Shown one piece after another: positions 1-8,041 of a stretch of DNA of 32,000 nt (position 1 is its first letter; the number at the start of each line of letters is the position of its first letter). The notes beneath the pieces are model-generated. The model ran no database searches, was not told the origin of the DNA, and was given only the letters and a program-made list of their open reading frames with translations. The DNA is from Breznakia blatticola. GTDB lineage: Bacteria; Bacillota_I; Bacilli_A; Erysipelotrichales; Erysipelotrichaceae. The stretch lies in contig NZ_SODD01000021.1 of assembly GCF_004365815.1 (NCBI RefSeq), forward strand, positions 1-32,000. Reading direction: 5' to 3'. The position numbers were made by a program, and so were the translations under genes.

Positions 1-41
1 AAAAAGGGGCACCCACACACTAAGTAATGGTGCCTCAAAAA
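1..41 (-). terminator. Hairpin GGCACC (8-13) / GGTGCC (29-34). It is flanked by A5 (1-5) and A6 (36-41), so on the minus strand it reads as stem-loop plus T-run. The element is truncated by the window edge.
   Basis: A 6-bp perfect stem with a 15-nt loop was read directly. The plus strand has no T-run after the stem, while the minus strand has one (complement of 1-5). No minus-strand gene is visible upstream of it inside the window. Confidence 0.3.
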
Positions 42-85
42 ATACCACACATTAAGTAATAGTAATACCACACCCACACATTAAG
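13..85. repeat. Three direct copies of the 12-nt motif CCACACAYTAAG, at 13-24, 45-56 and 74-85. The first two copies are followed by TAAT. AGTAAT is also tandem at 55-60 and 61-66.
   Basis: Copies were read directly: ccacacactaag, ccacacattaag, ccacacattaag. Spacing is 32 and 29 nt. The region is non-coding. Confidence 0.6.
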
Positions 86-90
86 AAAAA

Positions 91-122
91 GCGCCGTAAA
101 AAGTCGCATCGCGGCTTTTTTC
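91..122. terminator. Weak intrinsic terminator-like hairpin, either GCCG 93-96 / CGGC 112-115 or GTCGC 103-107 / GCGGC 111-115. It is preceded by A5 and followed by T6.
   Basis: A short GC stem is followed by tttttt at 116-121. The A-run upstream makes it potentially bidirectional. The stem is short and its pairing is ambiguous. Confidence 0.4.
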
Positions 123-164
123 TTTTACCAGTTAAATATTTATTGAGTATTGCCGTGCATTTCA

Positions 165-194
165 TTGGATTATATGTATGATGTTGTATATAAT
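165..194 (+). promoter_or_regulatory. Candidate sigma-A promoter for the rubredoxin gene: TTGGAT (165-170), 18-nt spacer, TATAAT (189-194).
   Basis: There is a perfect -10 hexamer 36 nt upstream of the ATG at 230 and a 4/6 match at -35. The AT-rich context raises the risk of a false positive. Confidence 0.35.
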
Positions 195-229
195 TTAGTT
201 AGTAAGAAATAAGGAGGAAAAGGATTATT

Positions 230-361
230 ATGGCAGATGACAAAAGCTGGGTTTGTACAGTATGTGGATACGTGTACGATGGACCTGATTTCAACGCTGA
301 ACCAGAAGACTATGTATGTCCAGTTTGTGGTGTTGGAAAAGACATGTTCGAACAACAATAA
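230..361 (+). CDS. Mini-rubredoxin, 43 aa: [43 protein letters not shown].
   Basis: I translated this by hand; it is below the size cutoff of the ORF track. It carries two CxxCG knuckles (CTVCGY and CPVCGVGK) in the rubredoxin pattern, ending in the typical GxxKxxFE. The SD sequences AAGGAGG (211-217) and AGGA (221-224) lie upstream, and a terminator follows at 381-424. The listed antisense ORF 170..358 has no SD and an implausible sequence. Confidence 0.8.
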   Translation: MADDKSWVCTVCGYVYDGPDFNAEPEDYVCPVCGVGKDMFEQQ

Positions 362-380
362 TTAGATAAGACTTGAAATG

Positions 381-424
381 AAAAAGAACGCTTTGATTCC
401 AATGGACTCTAGCGTTTTTTTTTG
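381..424. terminator. Intrinsic terminator downstream of the rubredoxin gene.
   Basis: The outer stem is AACGCT (387-392) / AGCGTT (411-416). An inner stem is GATTCC / GGACTC with one mismatch. It is preceded by A5 and followed by T9 (415-423). Confidence 0.75.
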
Positions 425-646
425 CGTAAAGGCATGACCTGTAAGCGGTATCATTTTCCCGAGCACTTTTGATGATTTTATATTAATTATATAGTAGTGT
501 ATGATATATAAGAACAATAGTGATGAGATAGTTATGACAAATCAAGAAGGAGGTAAGTAACAACAACTATCCAAAAACGTGTGTATGTGCAAAGTGTTTA
601 TTACGAGTGATTCAAGATATGACATATAATTAAGGAGGAGTCATAC

Positions 647-2941
647 ATGAAACTGAGAATCAAAGTAATAAACGTTGTATTGTTGGTTTTGGCAGCTATT
701 CTATCGACAACACAACCCGTATTTGCAAAGGAAACAAAGATTACAAGGCAGGATACTACAATCACAAATCATTTAATAACTAATGGTGATGTTACGCGTA
801 CGTTTACAAAAAATATGCAAGTAAATAATGCAACATCAATAGAAGTTACCAATGTTCAAGAATTACAACAGGCATTACAAAATGCTTCTGATCAAGATAT
901 CATTACACTTGCCAAAAACTTTACGGTTGATGCAGATTTTTCAATTAGCAAACCTGGAGATAAACAAGTGACTGTTGAAGGAAATGGCGTTGCAATTGGT
1001 GAATACACGATGACGATAAGTGGACAAGGTTCAAAACCGCTGATTCTTCAAAATCTACACTTTACAGCGGCTAGTCAAAAGCAAGCCATTCGTATTCTTA
1101 CAAACATTCCAATTACGCTTAGACAAATGGAGTTTATTGGTAGAACACATTTGCAAGATGGTGGAGCAGTACTTTTGGGTGTATCAGATGCACAAGTAAC
1201 TGTTGAACAGTGTTCATTTATGGAAAACTCACAAAGTATGCCTGGCTATTCAGGTGCAGCGATTAGTGCGACAAGTTTTAGAGGAACTTTAACGATTGTG
1301 AATTCGTTGTTTAGAAACAACAAGAACCTTGCAGTTGGTAATGCATCGTTTGGTGGTGAAGGTGGTGCAGTATGCATCAATCAAGCGCTCGCTGGTGCAG
1401 CAATTCAAATCCGTGATAATTACTTTGTTGGTAATGAAGCGGTAAAAAACGTCAGTGGTAATAAAGCGAAGTTAGCAGATGGTGGTGCATTAGCAGTTTT
1501 TAATATCGTCAATACAGCTAGTTTAACCGTTGAAGGCAATACGTTTGCCCATAATGTTGCTGGTGATGATGGTGGTGCCATTCTTATTCAAACCAACGAT
1601 AATATGAGTGAGAATATTATGCTAAAAAACAACACATTCTATCGAAATGTTGCCCAAGGTGCAAGTAATGATTCATATTCAGGAGGAGCCGTACAAATTT
1701 ATGCAAATGGTGGTTTACTTCAAGGAAGAAATGCACTTGTTGTATTTGAACATAATACATTTGCTTATAACCAAGCAAAAAGAGCAGCTGGTGCGATTGG
1801 TGGATCTGGATATGCAACCAACACTTCTGGTGGGCGTTATCGCAACAATCTATTCGTTGGAAATGTTGCAAGTGATCCAACATTTGCCAACATTCGACAA
1901 AAAGCAACGACACTTGAAGATCTTGGAGGAAACGTTGGAATTGATAATGGTGTTGCAGCAAACTTTCAAGAACATACTATCTTAGGTAACTATCCGACAA
2001 CGCTAACCACCAATCATTCTTCAAAGACTGCTGGTGCAAGTCTCAGTAGTGAAATTATACCAACGTTACCAATTAAACCAGAAGGTCAAGCAGATGAAGT
2101 GACACCAATGATTCAACAAGTTGAGGTTGATCAAAGAAATCATCAACGTATTGGAATTGCAGATGCCGGTTCCATTGAACAGTCTTGGGTAAAGTATGAT
2201 GCAAATGGTGGAAACTACCAATTGCAAGCCCTAGAAACGAGTATAGGTGATGCATACTATGAACCAGATGCATTGCAAGATAACCGCATTCATACCTACT
2301 ATTACATTTCTTGTATCAACCAAGGGAAAACCATATTAGATGGTGTACATGATCTACAAATTGTTAGAGATGGATATCAATTTGTTGGTTGGTCAAAACA
2401 GGCAAATGACACTTTGGGTGATTTGGTATATACACCAGGAAATCGAATTTCTTGTTTGGAAGAAAACATTACGCTTTATGCTGTTTGGCAAGAAGACCAG
2501 TTATATGATGTACTGTACGATGGTAATGGTCATACAGCAGGTGAAGTGCCAGTTGATGCCAGTGGTCCATATGCCAAACAAAATAGTATACATGTATTAG
2601 CGCATGGAGATTTGCGTAAAGATGGCTATGAATTTGTACATTGGAATACGCAAAAAGATGGAAGTGGATCATCTTACAAAGCAAACGATACCTTGGTAAT
2701 GGATGGAGCAACTACACTTTATGCGCAGTGGAAAAAGGTTGATCTGGTTGAAAAGGTTGATGATACAATTGTTGTAGATGCCATAGATGTACCAGTTCAT
2801 CAACAAACAGAACAAATAGAGCAAATAGAAAAACAACCTCCAGAAACCGCAGATAGTCAGCGTGTATATGGTTGGGTAGTATTGTTACTAGTTACATCGA
2901 CCGGTTTCATTACATATGTGAAACATAAAAAACAACAGTAA
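647..2941 (+). CDS. Secreted cell-surface protein, 764 aa, with a Pmp-type (GGA[ILV]/FxxN) parallel beta-helix repeat region, two Listeria-Bacteroides-type repeats and a C-terminal membrane or wall anchor.
   Basis: The SD is AAGGAGGAG and the signal peptide is MKLRIKVINVVLLVLAAILSTTQPVFA/KE. There are at least 5 GGA[ILV] motifs (GGAVLL, GGAVCI, GGALAV, GGAILI, GGAVQI). There are at least 7 FxxN motifs (FMEN, FRNN, FVGN, FAHN, FYRN, FAYN, FVGN). Two repeats have the form YDxNGG...GYxFVxW...LYAxW, at about nt 2189-2490 and 2504-2737. The tail is PPETAD (nt 2837-2854), a hydrophobic helix, then KHKKQQ. Confidence 0.85.
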   Translation: MKLRIKVINVVLLVLAAILSTTQPVFAKETKITRQDTTITNHLITNGDVTRTFTKNMQVNNATSIEVTNVQELQQALQNASDQDIITLAKNFTVDADFSISKPGDKQVTVEGNGVAIGEYTMTISGQGSKPLILQNLHFTAASQKQAIRILTNIPITLRQMEFIGRTHLQDGGAVLLGVSDAQVTVEQCSFMENSQSMPGYSGAAISATSFRGTLTIVNSLFRNNKNLAVGNASFGGEGGAVCINQALAGAAIQIRDNYFVGNEAVKNVSGNKAKLADGGALAVFNIVNTASLTVEGNTFAHNVAGDDGGAILIQTNDNMSENIMLKNNTFYRNVAQGASNDSYSGGAVQIYANGGLLQGRNALVVFEHNTFAYNQAKRAAGAIGGSGYATNTSGGRYRNNLFVGNVASDPTFANIRQKATTLEDLGGNVGIDNGVAANFQEHTILGNYPTTLTTNHSSKTAGASLSSEIIPTLPIKPEGQADEVTPMIQQVEVDQRNHQRIGIADAGSIEQSWVKYDANGGNYQLQALETSIGDAYYEPDALQDNRIHTYYYISCINQGKTILDGVHDLQIVRDGYQFVGWSKQANDTLGDLVYTPGNRISCLEENITLYAVWQEDQLYDVLYDGNGHTAGEVPVDASGPYAKQNSIHVLAHGDLRKDGYEFVHWNTQKDGSGSSYKANDTLVMDGATTLYAQWKKVDLVEKVDDTIVVDAIDVPVHQQTEQIEQIEKQPPETADSQRVYGWVVLLLVTSTGFITYVKHKKQQ

Positions 2942-2943
2942 TG

Positions 2944-2984
2944 AAAAAACGCTTGGATTCATTTGAATCTAAGCGTTTTGTTTT
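2944..2984. terminator. Bidirectional intrinsic terminator between the convergent surface-protein gene and asd.
   Basis: The stem is AAAAAACGCTTGGATTC (2944-2960) / GAATCTAAGCGTTTT (2965-2979) with one G-U pair and loop ATTT. It has a T-rich tail on the plus strand and an A-run giving a T-run on the minus strand. The 3' arm overlaps the last codons and the stop of asd. Confidence 0.8.
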
Positions 2985-3979
2985 ACATATTCAATGGCGA
3001 TTTGGACAGCATTTGTGGCAGCACCTTTACGTACTTGATCTCCACAGCACCATAGCGTTAATGCTTTATCTCTCATTAAATCTTTACGAATACGACCTAC
3101 ATATACTAAATCTTGATTACTTGAATCAAGTGGCATAGGGTATTGGTTTTCTTGTGGGTTATCAACAAGCTTTACCCCTTTCGCATTTGCTAGTAATTCT
3201 TTTGCTTTAGCAACATCAATATCATTTTTAAATGTAAGGGTTAATGACTCAGAGTGTGAACGCATAACTGGTACACGAACACAAGTACAAGTAACTTTTA
3301 AATCATCGTGATGCAAGATTTTACGACCTTCATTTTGCATCTTCATCTCTTCACTTGTATATCCATTTTCATCAAATCCACCAATTTGTGGAATTACATT
3401 GTATGCAATTTGGTAAGCAAATACTTTTGGTTGAACTTCTTTTCCTTCAAGAATTTCTTGTACTTGCGTTTCGAGTTCAGCTTGTCCTGGATTACCTGCA
3501 CCAGAAACTGCTTGGTAGGTACTAGCAACAATACTTTCAACACCTGCATATTCATGTAATGCATTAATAGCAACAAGTGCAATAATCGTTGAACAATTTG
3601 GATTTGCAATTATTCCATTATGGTTTTTAATGTCTTCAGGATTTACTTCTGGTACAACTAGTGGCACGTTTTCATCAAGGCGGTATGCACTAGAGTTATC
3701 AATAACTAGAGCACCCGCTTTTACAGCGTAGGGTAATAATTTTTCTGCAACATCATTTTCAACAGCACCAAGTACAATATCCATTCCTGCAAATGCATGT
3801 TCATTTGCTTCTTGAAGTGTATATGTCTGATTTTTGAATGTCATTTCTTTTCCGACACTGCGTTTACTAGCAAGTAAACGTAGTTCGTTAACTGGAAAGT
3901 CACGTTCTTCAAGAACATTTAGCATTTCTTGACCAACTGCTCCAGTTGCACCTAATATAGCAACATTATATGTTTTCAT
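2969..3979 (-). CDS. asd: Aspartate-semialdehyde dehydrogenase, 336 aa.
   Basis: It begins MKTYNVAILGATGAVGQ (NAD(P) Rossmann motif) and contains the active-site context NPNCSTI. The SD GAGGGAGAG precedes the ATG at 3979. The track ORF start at 4051 would overlap the aspartokinase gene by 70 nt and lacks an SD. Confidence 0.9.
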   Translation of the reverse strand: MKTYNVAILGATGAVGQEMLNVLEERDFPVNELRLLASKRSVGKEMTFKNQTYTLQEANEHAFAGMDIVLGAVENDVAEKLLPYAVKAGALVIDNSSAYRLDENVPLVVPEVNPEDIKNHNGIIANPNCSTIIALVAINALHEYAGVESIVASTYQAVSGAGNPGQAELETQVQEILEGKEVQPKVFAYQIAYNVIPQIGGFDENGYTSEEMKMQNEGRKILHHDDLKVTCTCVRVPVMRSHSESLTLTFKNDIDVAKAKELLANAKGVKLVDNPQENQYPMPLDSSNQDLVYVGRIRKDLMRDKALTLWCCGDQVRKGAATNAVQIAIEYVKQNA

Positions 3980-3980
3980 T

Positions 3981-5300
3981 TTACTCTCCCTCGAATTCTT
4001 CGTAGATCGCATCAATTGTGCGACCATAGTCATCATTATGTACACCCACAATAATATTCATTTCATCACTTGTTTGTGAAATCATTGAAATGTTGATTCC
4101 TTTTTTACCAAGTGTTGTAAACAGGCGTCCAGACATTCCGGTTTTACTTTTCATAAAACGTGAAACCGTTGCAATTAAGGCAACATTATCCATAACATGA
4201 ATGTCACTTGTTTTACATTTTTCTTTGATTTGTACAAGTACATCATACAAAATTGGTTTTAATGGAGCACTTTCTAAAACGATTGAAAATGAATCAATCC
4301 CAGTAGGTAAGTGTTCTACACTTAATCCATATTTATCAATAACATCTAAAGCACGACGAATCGTTCCGACTTCTGTAGACATATGAGATTTTTTAATTGT
4401 AATAATTGAGAAATCCTTTTTTCCAGCAATACCAGTAATTGTACTTGTTGTATCTTTTGAATCATCAACTTGGTTAACAATGATGGTTCCTTTTGATTCA
4501 GGATCATTTGTATTTAAAATGTGAATTGGAATGTTTTTGTGTTTAACAGGGAAGATGGCTTCTTCATGTAATACACTAGCTCCCATATAACTTAATTCGC
4601 GAAGTTCTGCATATGTAATGATTTCAATCTGTTTTGGATTTTTTACGATGCGTGGATCTGCTTTAAGAATTCCAGATACATCTGTCCAGTTTTCATATAC
4701 GTCTGCATCGACGACGTTTGCCATAATACTTCCAGAAACATCTCCACCACCACGAGACATGATGCGAATGGTTCCATCAGGTAATGAACCATAGAAACCA
4801 GGAATCACAAGTTTTGGATATTCCACAACAAGTTCTTCGAAGGCTTGTTTGATTTTTGGATAGTCAATGCTTCCATCGTAATTAAAGAATACGATATCTT
4901 TAGCATCAACGAAGTGATAGTCTAAGTATTCAGCCATCAGTAATCCAGTTAAGTATTCTCCACGACTGACTAAATAGTCCACATCAATGGTTTTTACGAG
5001 TTCTTTGCGTAAGGCATCTAAATCCTTTTGAATATCATATTGTAGTTGTAATTCTTTTTTGATTTCTAAGAATCGTTGTTCAATCATGTTGAAGATTGGC
5101 TCAGGAGAAATATTATATTTTAAATGTGCGTGACATAAATATAATAAGTCGGTAATTTTATTGTCGTCTTTATTTGCTTTCCCACTTGCACTAACAACAA
5201 CAAAACGACGGCTTTCATCGGCTTGAACAATTCCTTTTACTTTTTGAAACTGTGTTGCACTTGCAACACTGCTCCCCCCAAATTTTACAATTTTGATCAT
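3981..5300 (-). CDS. Aspartate kinase, 439 aa, of the monofunctional long class resembling YclM and E. coli LysC, with C-terminal ACT domains.
   Basis: The N-terminus MIKIVKFGGSSVAS is the kinase signature KFGG(S/T)S. The SD is AAGGGG. The stop codon lies 1 nt from the asd start, which suggests operon coupling. Confidence 0.9.
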   Translation of the reverse strand: MIKIVKFGGSSVASATQFQKVKGIVQADESRRFVVVSASGKANKDDNKITDLLYLCHAHLKYNISPEPIFNMIEQRFLEIKKELQLQYDIQKDLDALRKELVKTIDVDYLVSRGEYLTGLLMAEYLDYHFVDAKDIVFFNYDGSIDYPKIKQAFEELVVEYPKLVIPGFYGSLPDGTIRIMSRGGGDVSGSIMANVVDADVYENWTDVSGILKADPRIVKNPKQIEIITYAELRELSYMGASVLHEEAIFPVKHKNIPIHILNTNDPESKGTIIVNQVDDSKDTTSTITGIAGKKDFSIITIKKSHMSTEVGTIRRALDVIDKYGLSVEHLPTGIDSFSIVLESAPLKPILYDVLVQIKEKCKTSDIHVMDNVALIATVSRFMKSKTGMSGRLFTTLGKKGINISMISQTSDEMNIIVGVHNDDYGRTIDAIYEEFEGE

Positions 5301-5303
5301 ATG

Positions 5304-6464
5304 TTACCCCTTAAACGCCGCTAGTTTCGCGACAAATGCTTGACTATCGTCAATCGACTTTACAAGTTCTACCAAAGTTGATGCAACCATTGGTTTTGTT
5401 GTGTAGTAAGTTTGTCCTTCAAATTCTTCTTTTGTTTCAATGTTTGTCATATCGACTGTATTCGTACTACGAATGACATATACATTTTCTTGAGTTGGTT
5501 GGTAAGCAAGCTTATTGCTGAAATCAATCAATGAACCAATTGGTGATTGAATATCAAGAATATCTTGAACAATTGCATTAGCTGTTGGTAATTTACCAGC
5601 TCCTTGTCCATAGAATTTTAATGGACCAATGCTTTGTCCATATAATGTTGCAATATTGAAGTTGCTATTTACGTTTGCTTCAACTGTATCATTTGCTAAT
5701 GCATTTGGCATTACGTATGCTTCATAGCCCGTGTGATTTACAACTGCTTCACCAATATATTTGATTGTACGGTTTAATTTTTTAAAGTAGTTGATATCGA
5801 TACTGTTAATTGTACGTAGGCTATAGCAAGGGAAGTCTTCCATGTTGATTTTTGTATTGTAAGCAACTGCACTTGAAATAACAACTTTGTTTTGTACATC
5901 ATATCCATCAATATCTGCGCTAGGATCTGCTTCCGCGTATCCTAACTCTTGTGCTTTTTTTAGTACTTCGTCGAAGTCTTTTCCTTGGTTTGTCATTGCA
6001 TCTAAAATATAGTTGCTTGTTCCATTAAAGATTCCGTATAGTTCACTAATATCATCGACACGTTTTGCTTTTTCTAATGAAGCAATCCAAGGGATTCCAC
6101 CACCAGTACTTGCTTCAAATAAGAAACGTACTTTATTTTCCAGTGCAAGTGCAATGAATTCTTCCATATATTTAGCAACAACTGCTTTGTTAGCTGTTAC
6201 GACATGTTTTTTTGCTTTCATTGCTGCAGTGATAAATTCATATGCAGGATGTAATCCACCCATGGTTTCCACCACGCAGTCAATGGATTTGTCTTGTAAG
6301 ATATCATCGTAGTTATCAGTGATGATGTCGAGTTTATCTTTATTCTGTGGTAAATCTAAAACTTTCACAACTTCAACATCTGCTAAACTCTTTGCTTTAT
6401 AGGTACTAATAATCTCGTAAACTCCAGTCCCTATAGTTCCAAATCCTAAGATTGCAATTTTCAT
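5304..6464 (-). CDS. hom: Homoserine dehydrogenase, 386 aa.
   Basis: It begins MKIAILGFGTIGTGV (NAD-binding GxGxxG) and contains the conserved GQGAGKLPTANAIVQDI region. The SD GAGGGGG precedes the ATG at 6464. The 11-codon upstream extension in the track has no SD. Confidence 0.9.
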   Translation of the reverse strand: MKIAILGFGTIGTGVYEIISTYKAKSLADVEVVKVLDLPQNKDKLDIITDNYDDILQDKSIDCVVETMGGLHPAYEFITAAMKAKKHVVTANKAVVAKYMEEFIALALENKVRFLFEASTGGGIPWIASLEKAKRVDDISELYGIFNGTSNYILDAMTNQGKDFDEVLKKAQELGYAEADPSADIDGYDVQNKVVISSAVAYNTKINMEDFPCYSLRTINSIDINYFKKLNRTIKYIGEAVVNHTGYEAYVMPNALANDTVEANVNSNFNIATLYGQSIGPLKFYGQGAGKLPTANAIVQDILDIQSPIGSLIDFSNKLAYQPTQENVYVIRSTNTVDMTNIETKEEFEGQTYYTTKPMVASTLVELVKSIDDSQAFVAKLAAFKG

Positions 6465-6497
6465 AAGTCCCCCTCTGTGTCTTTGTACAAAAAACAC

Positions 6498-6526
6498 TTG
6501 TATTTAATTGAGAAACATTGTATCAT
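6498..6526 (+). promoter_or_regulatory. Candidate promoter for thrC-thrB-ACT: TTGTAT (6498-6503), 17-nt spacer, TATCAT (6521-6526).
   Basis: Hexamers and spacing were read directly. The -10 overlaps the minus-strand -10 of the hom promoter. It would leave only about a 25-nt leader containing the SD AAGGAGAG. Confidence 0.45.
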
Positions 6527-6545
6527 AGGAAAATAAAGAAATCAA
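6517..6545 (-). promoter_or_regulatory. Candidate promoter for hom-aspartokinase-asd. On the minus strand it reads TTGATT (6540-6545), 17-nt spacer, TGaTACAAT (6517-6525).
   Basis: I read the reverse complement. It has an extended -10 (TGn) plus a 5/6 match at -10 and a 4/6 match at -35, giving a leader of about 45 nt to the hom ATG. Confidence 0.5.
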
Positions 6546-6557
6546 GGAGAGAATTGT

Positions 6558-8039
6558 ATGAATCAATATTACGAAAGCACAAGGGATGCTAGCATTACAT
6601 TAAGCCCTGCACAAGCAATCTTACAAGGGTTAAGTAACGATGGGGGTCTATTTGTTGTAAGTGACCTAAATGAACGTCAAATCGATATGCAGTCGATTGT
6701 TAATAAAGACTATTATGAAATCGCAGAGGAAGTATTTGCGTTGTTCCTGCCTGATTTCACGAAAGAAGAAATTCGTGCATGTGTGCAAGCTGCATATAAA
6801 GGTAAATTCTCAAATGAGGAAGTAACTCCATTAGTAAAACTAAGTGATGGATATGTCTTAGAATTATTCAATGGACCAACAAGTGCATTTAAAGATGTAG
6901 GTTTGCAAATGTTACCACAACTGACAAAAACGGCTTTAAAGAAAACAAATGCGGATTATGATGTATTAATTTTAACAGCAACATCAGGTGATACTGGTAA
7001 AGCTGCGCTTGAGGGATTTAAAGATGTGGATCATGTAAAAATCATGGTGTTCTATCCAAATGACGGTGTTAGTAAAGTGCAAGAAATGCAAATGAAAACA
7101 CAAGAAGGAAAAAATGTGAAGGTTTGTGCAATTGAAGGAAACTTTGATGATGCACAAAGTGGAATAAAGAAATTATTTGTTGATGATGCATTTAAAGCAG
7201 AACTAGCAAAACAAAATATTAAATTAAGTAGTGCAAACTCAATCAATATCGGTCGTTTATTGCCACAAATGGTGTATTACTTTTATGCATATGCAAGTTT
7301 AGTAAAAAGTGGTGAGATTCTTCTTGGTGAGAAAATTAACTTTGTTGTTCCAACTGGAAACTTTGGAAATATCTTAGCTGGATATTATGCAAAACAAGTA
7401 GGATTACCAGTACATCAACTTGTTTGTGCTTCAAATGACAATAATGTACTTTATGATTTCATTCAAACTGGAGTTTATGATCGTAAACGTGATTTCTTAA
7501 AAACGATTTCTCCATCAATGGATATCTTGATTTCTTCAAACTTAGAACGTCTATTGTTTTACACAAGTGGATGTGATCATGCATATATTAAAGAAATTAT
7601 GAATGAACTTGCAAGAGATGGAAAATACAAAGTACGTGAAGATGTGCTTGCAAATATCCAAAAGGAATTTAAAGCAGGGTTTGCTACTAATGAACAAACA
7701 GCAAAAACCATTCGTGATATTTATGAAAAGGATAATTACTTATTAGATCCACATACAGCAGTTGCATATAAAGTATTGTTGGATGATGTAGATACACAAC
7801 ATAAAAATGTTGTATTATCGACAGCAAGTCCATACAAATTTACGAATTCAGTGTATGAAGCACTACATGGAACAACAAGTGATGATGAGTTTGTCTTAAT
7901 GGAAAAACTTCATGAAGAAACACGAGTTCCAATTCCAACAAACTTGGTCGATTTAGATAAAAAAGAAGTATTACATGAAGATGTAATTGATAAAACCGAA
8001 ATGGAAGCATACGTATTAGATAAGGTAGGAACGATTTAA
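6558..8039 (+). CDS. thrC: Threonine synthase, long form, 493 aa.
   Basis: It has the PLP-lysine context PTSAFKDVGLQ and the overall length and pattern of ThrC. The SD is AAGGAGAG. Confidence 0.9.
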   Translation: MNQYYESTRDASITLSPAQAILQGLSNDGGLFVVSDLNERQIDMQSIVNKDYYEIAEEVFALFLPDFTKEEIRACVQAAYKGKFSNEEVTPLVKLSDGYVLELFNGPTSAFKDVGLQMLPQLTKTALKKTNADYDVLILTATSGDTGKAALEGFKDVDHVKIMVFYPNDGVSKVQEMQMKTQEGKNVKVCAIEGNFDDAQSGIKKLFVDDAFKAELAKQNIKLSSANSINIGRLLPQMVYYFYAYASLVKSGEILLGEKINFVVPTGNFGNILAGYYAKQVGLPVHQLVCASNDNNVLYDFIQTGVYDRKRDFLKTISPSMDILISSNLERLLFYTSGCDHAYIKEIMNELARDGKYKVREDVLANIQKEFKAGFATNEQTAKTIRDIYEKDNYLLDPHTAVAYKVLLDDVDTQHKNVVLSTASPYKFTNSVYEALHGTTSDDEFVLMEKLHEETRVPIPTNLVDLDKKEVLHEDVIDKTEMEAYVLDKVGTI

Positions 8040-8041
8040 TC

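Noticed and set aside
255-270. DnaA-box-like TGTGGATAC inside the rubredoxin gene.
   Set aside because: It is a single 8/9 match inside a CDS with no clustering, and there is no origin-like context.
170-358. 62-aa minus-strand ORF from the track.
   Set aside because: It is antisense to the rubredoxin gene, has no SD, and its W/F/Y/N-rich sequence resembles no protein family. The plus-strand frame carries clear rubredoxin motifs.
534-560. 8-codon mini-ORF (MTNQEGGK) and an orphan strong SD-like AAGGAGG (547-553) in the long leader of the surface-protein gene.
   Set aside because: No ATG, GTG or TTG lies within 15 nt downstream of the SD-like sequence. The mini-ORF itself has no SD. I found no complementary anti-SD segment that would suggest a regulatory switch.
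421-646. Possible c-di-GMP or other riboswitch upstream of the adhesin-like gene.
   Set aside because: The only resemblance I could see is a vague GCGTAAAGGC. I could not find the conserved GEMM-type helices or tetraloop/receptor features. It is not supportable by eye and would need a cmscan.
1617-1985. Two overlapping ORFs of about 112 aa, on both strands, inside the 764-aa gene.
   Set aside because: They are nested in a gene with strong protein-family signatures, have biased H/Q/L-rich composition, and lack an SD.
2941-3138. 65-aa plus-strand ORF.
   Set aside because: It is antisense to the well-supported asd gene, and its start lies inside the bidirectional terminator.
3980-4051. N-terminal extensions proposed by the track for asd (to 4051), hom (to 6497), divIVA (from 10605) and the GNAT gene (from 14476).
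   Set aside because: Each extension overlaps the neighbouring gene or promoter and lacks an SD. In each case an internal ATG with a strong SD matches the conserved N-terminus of the family.
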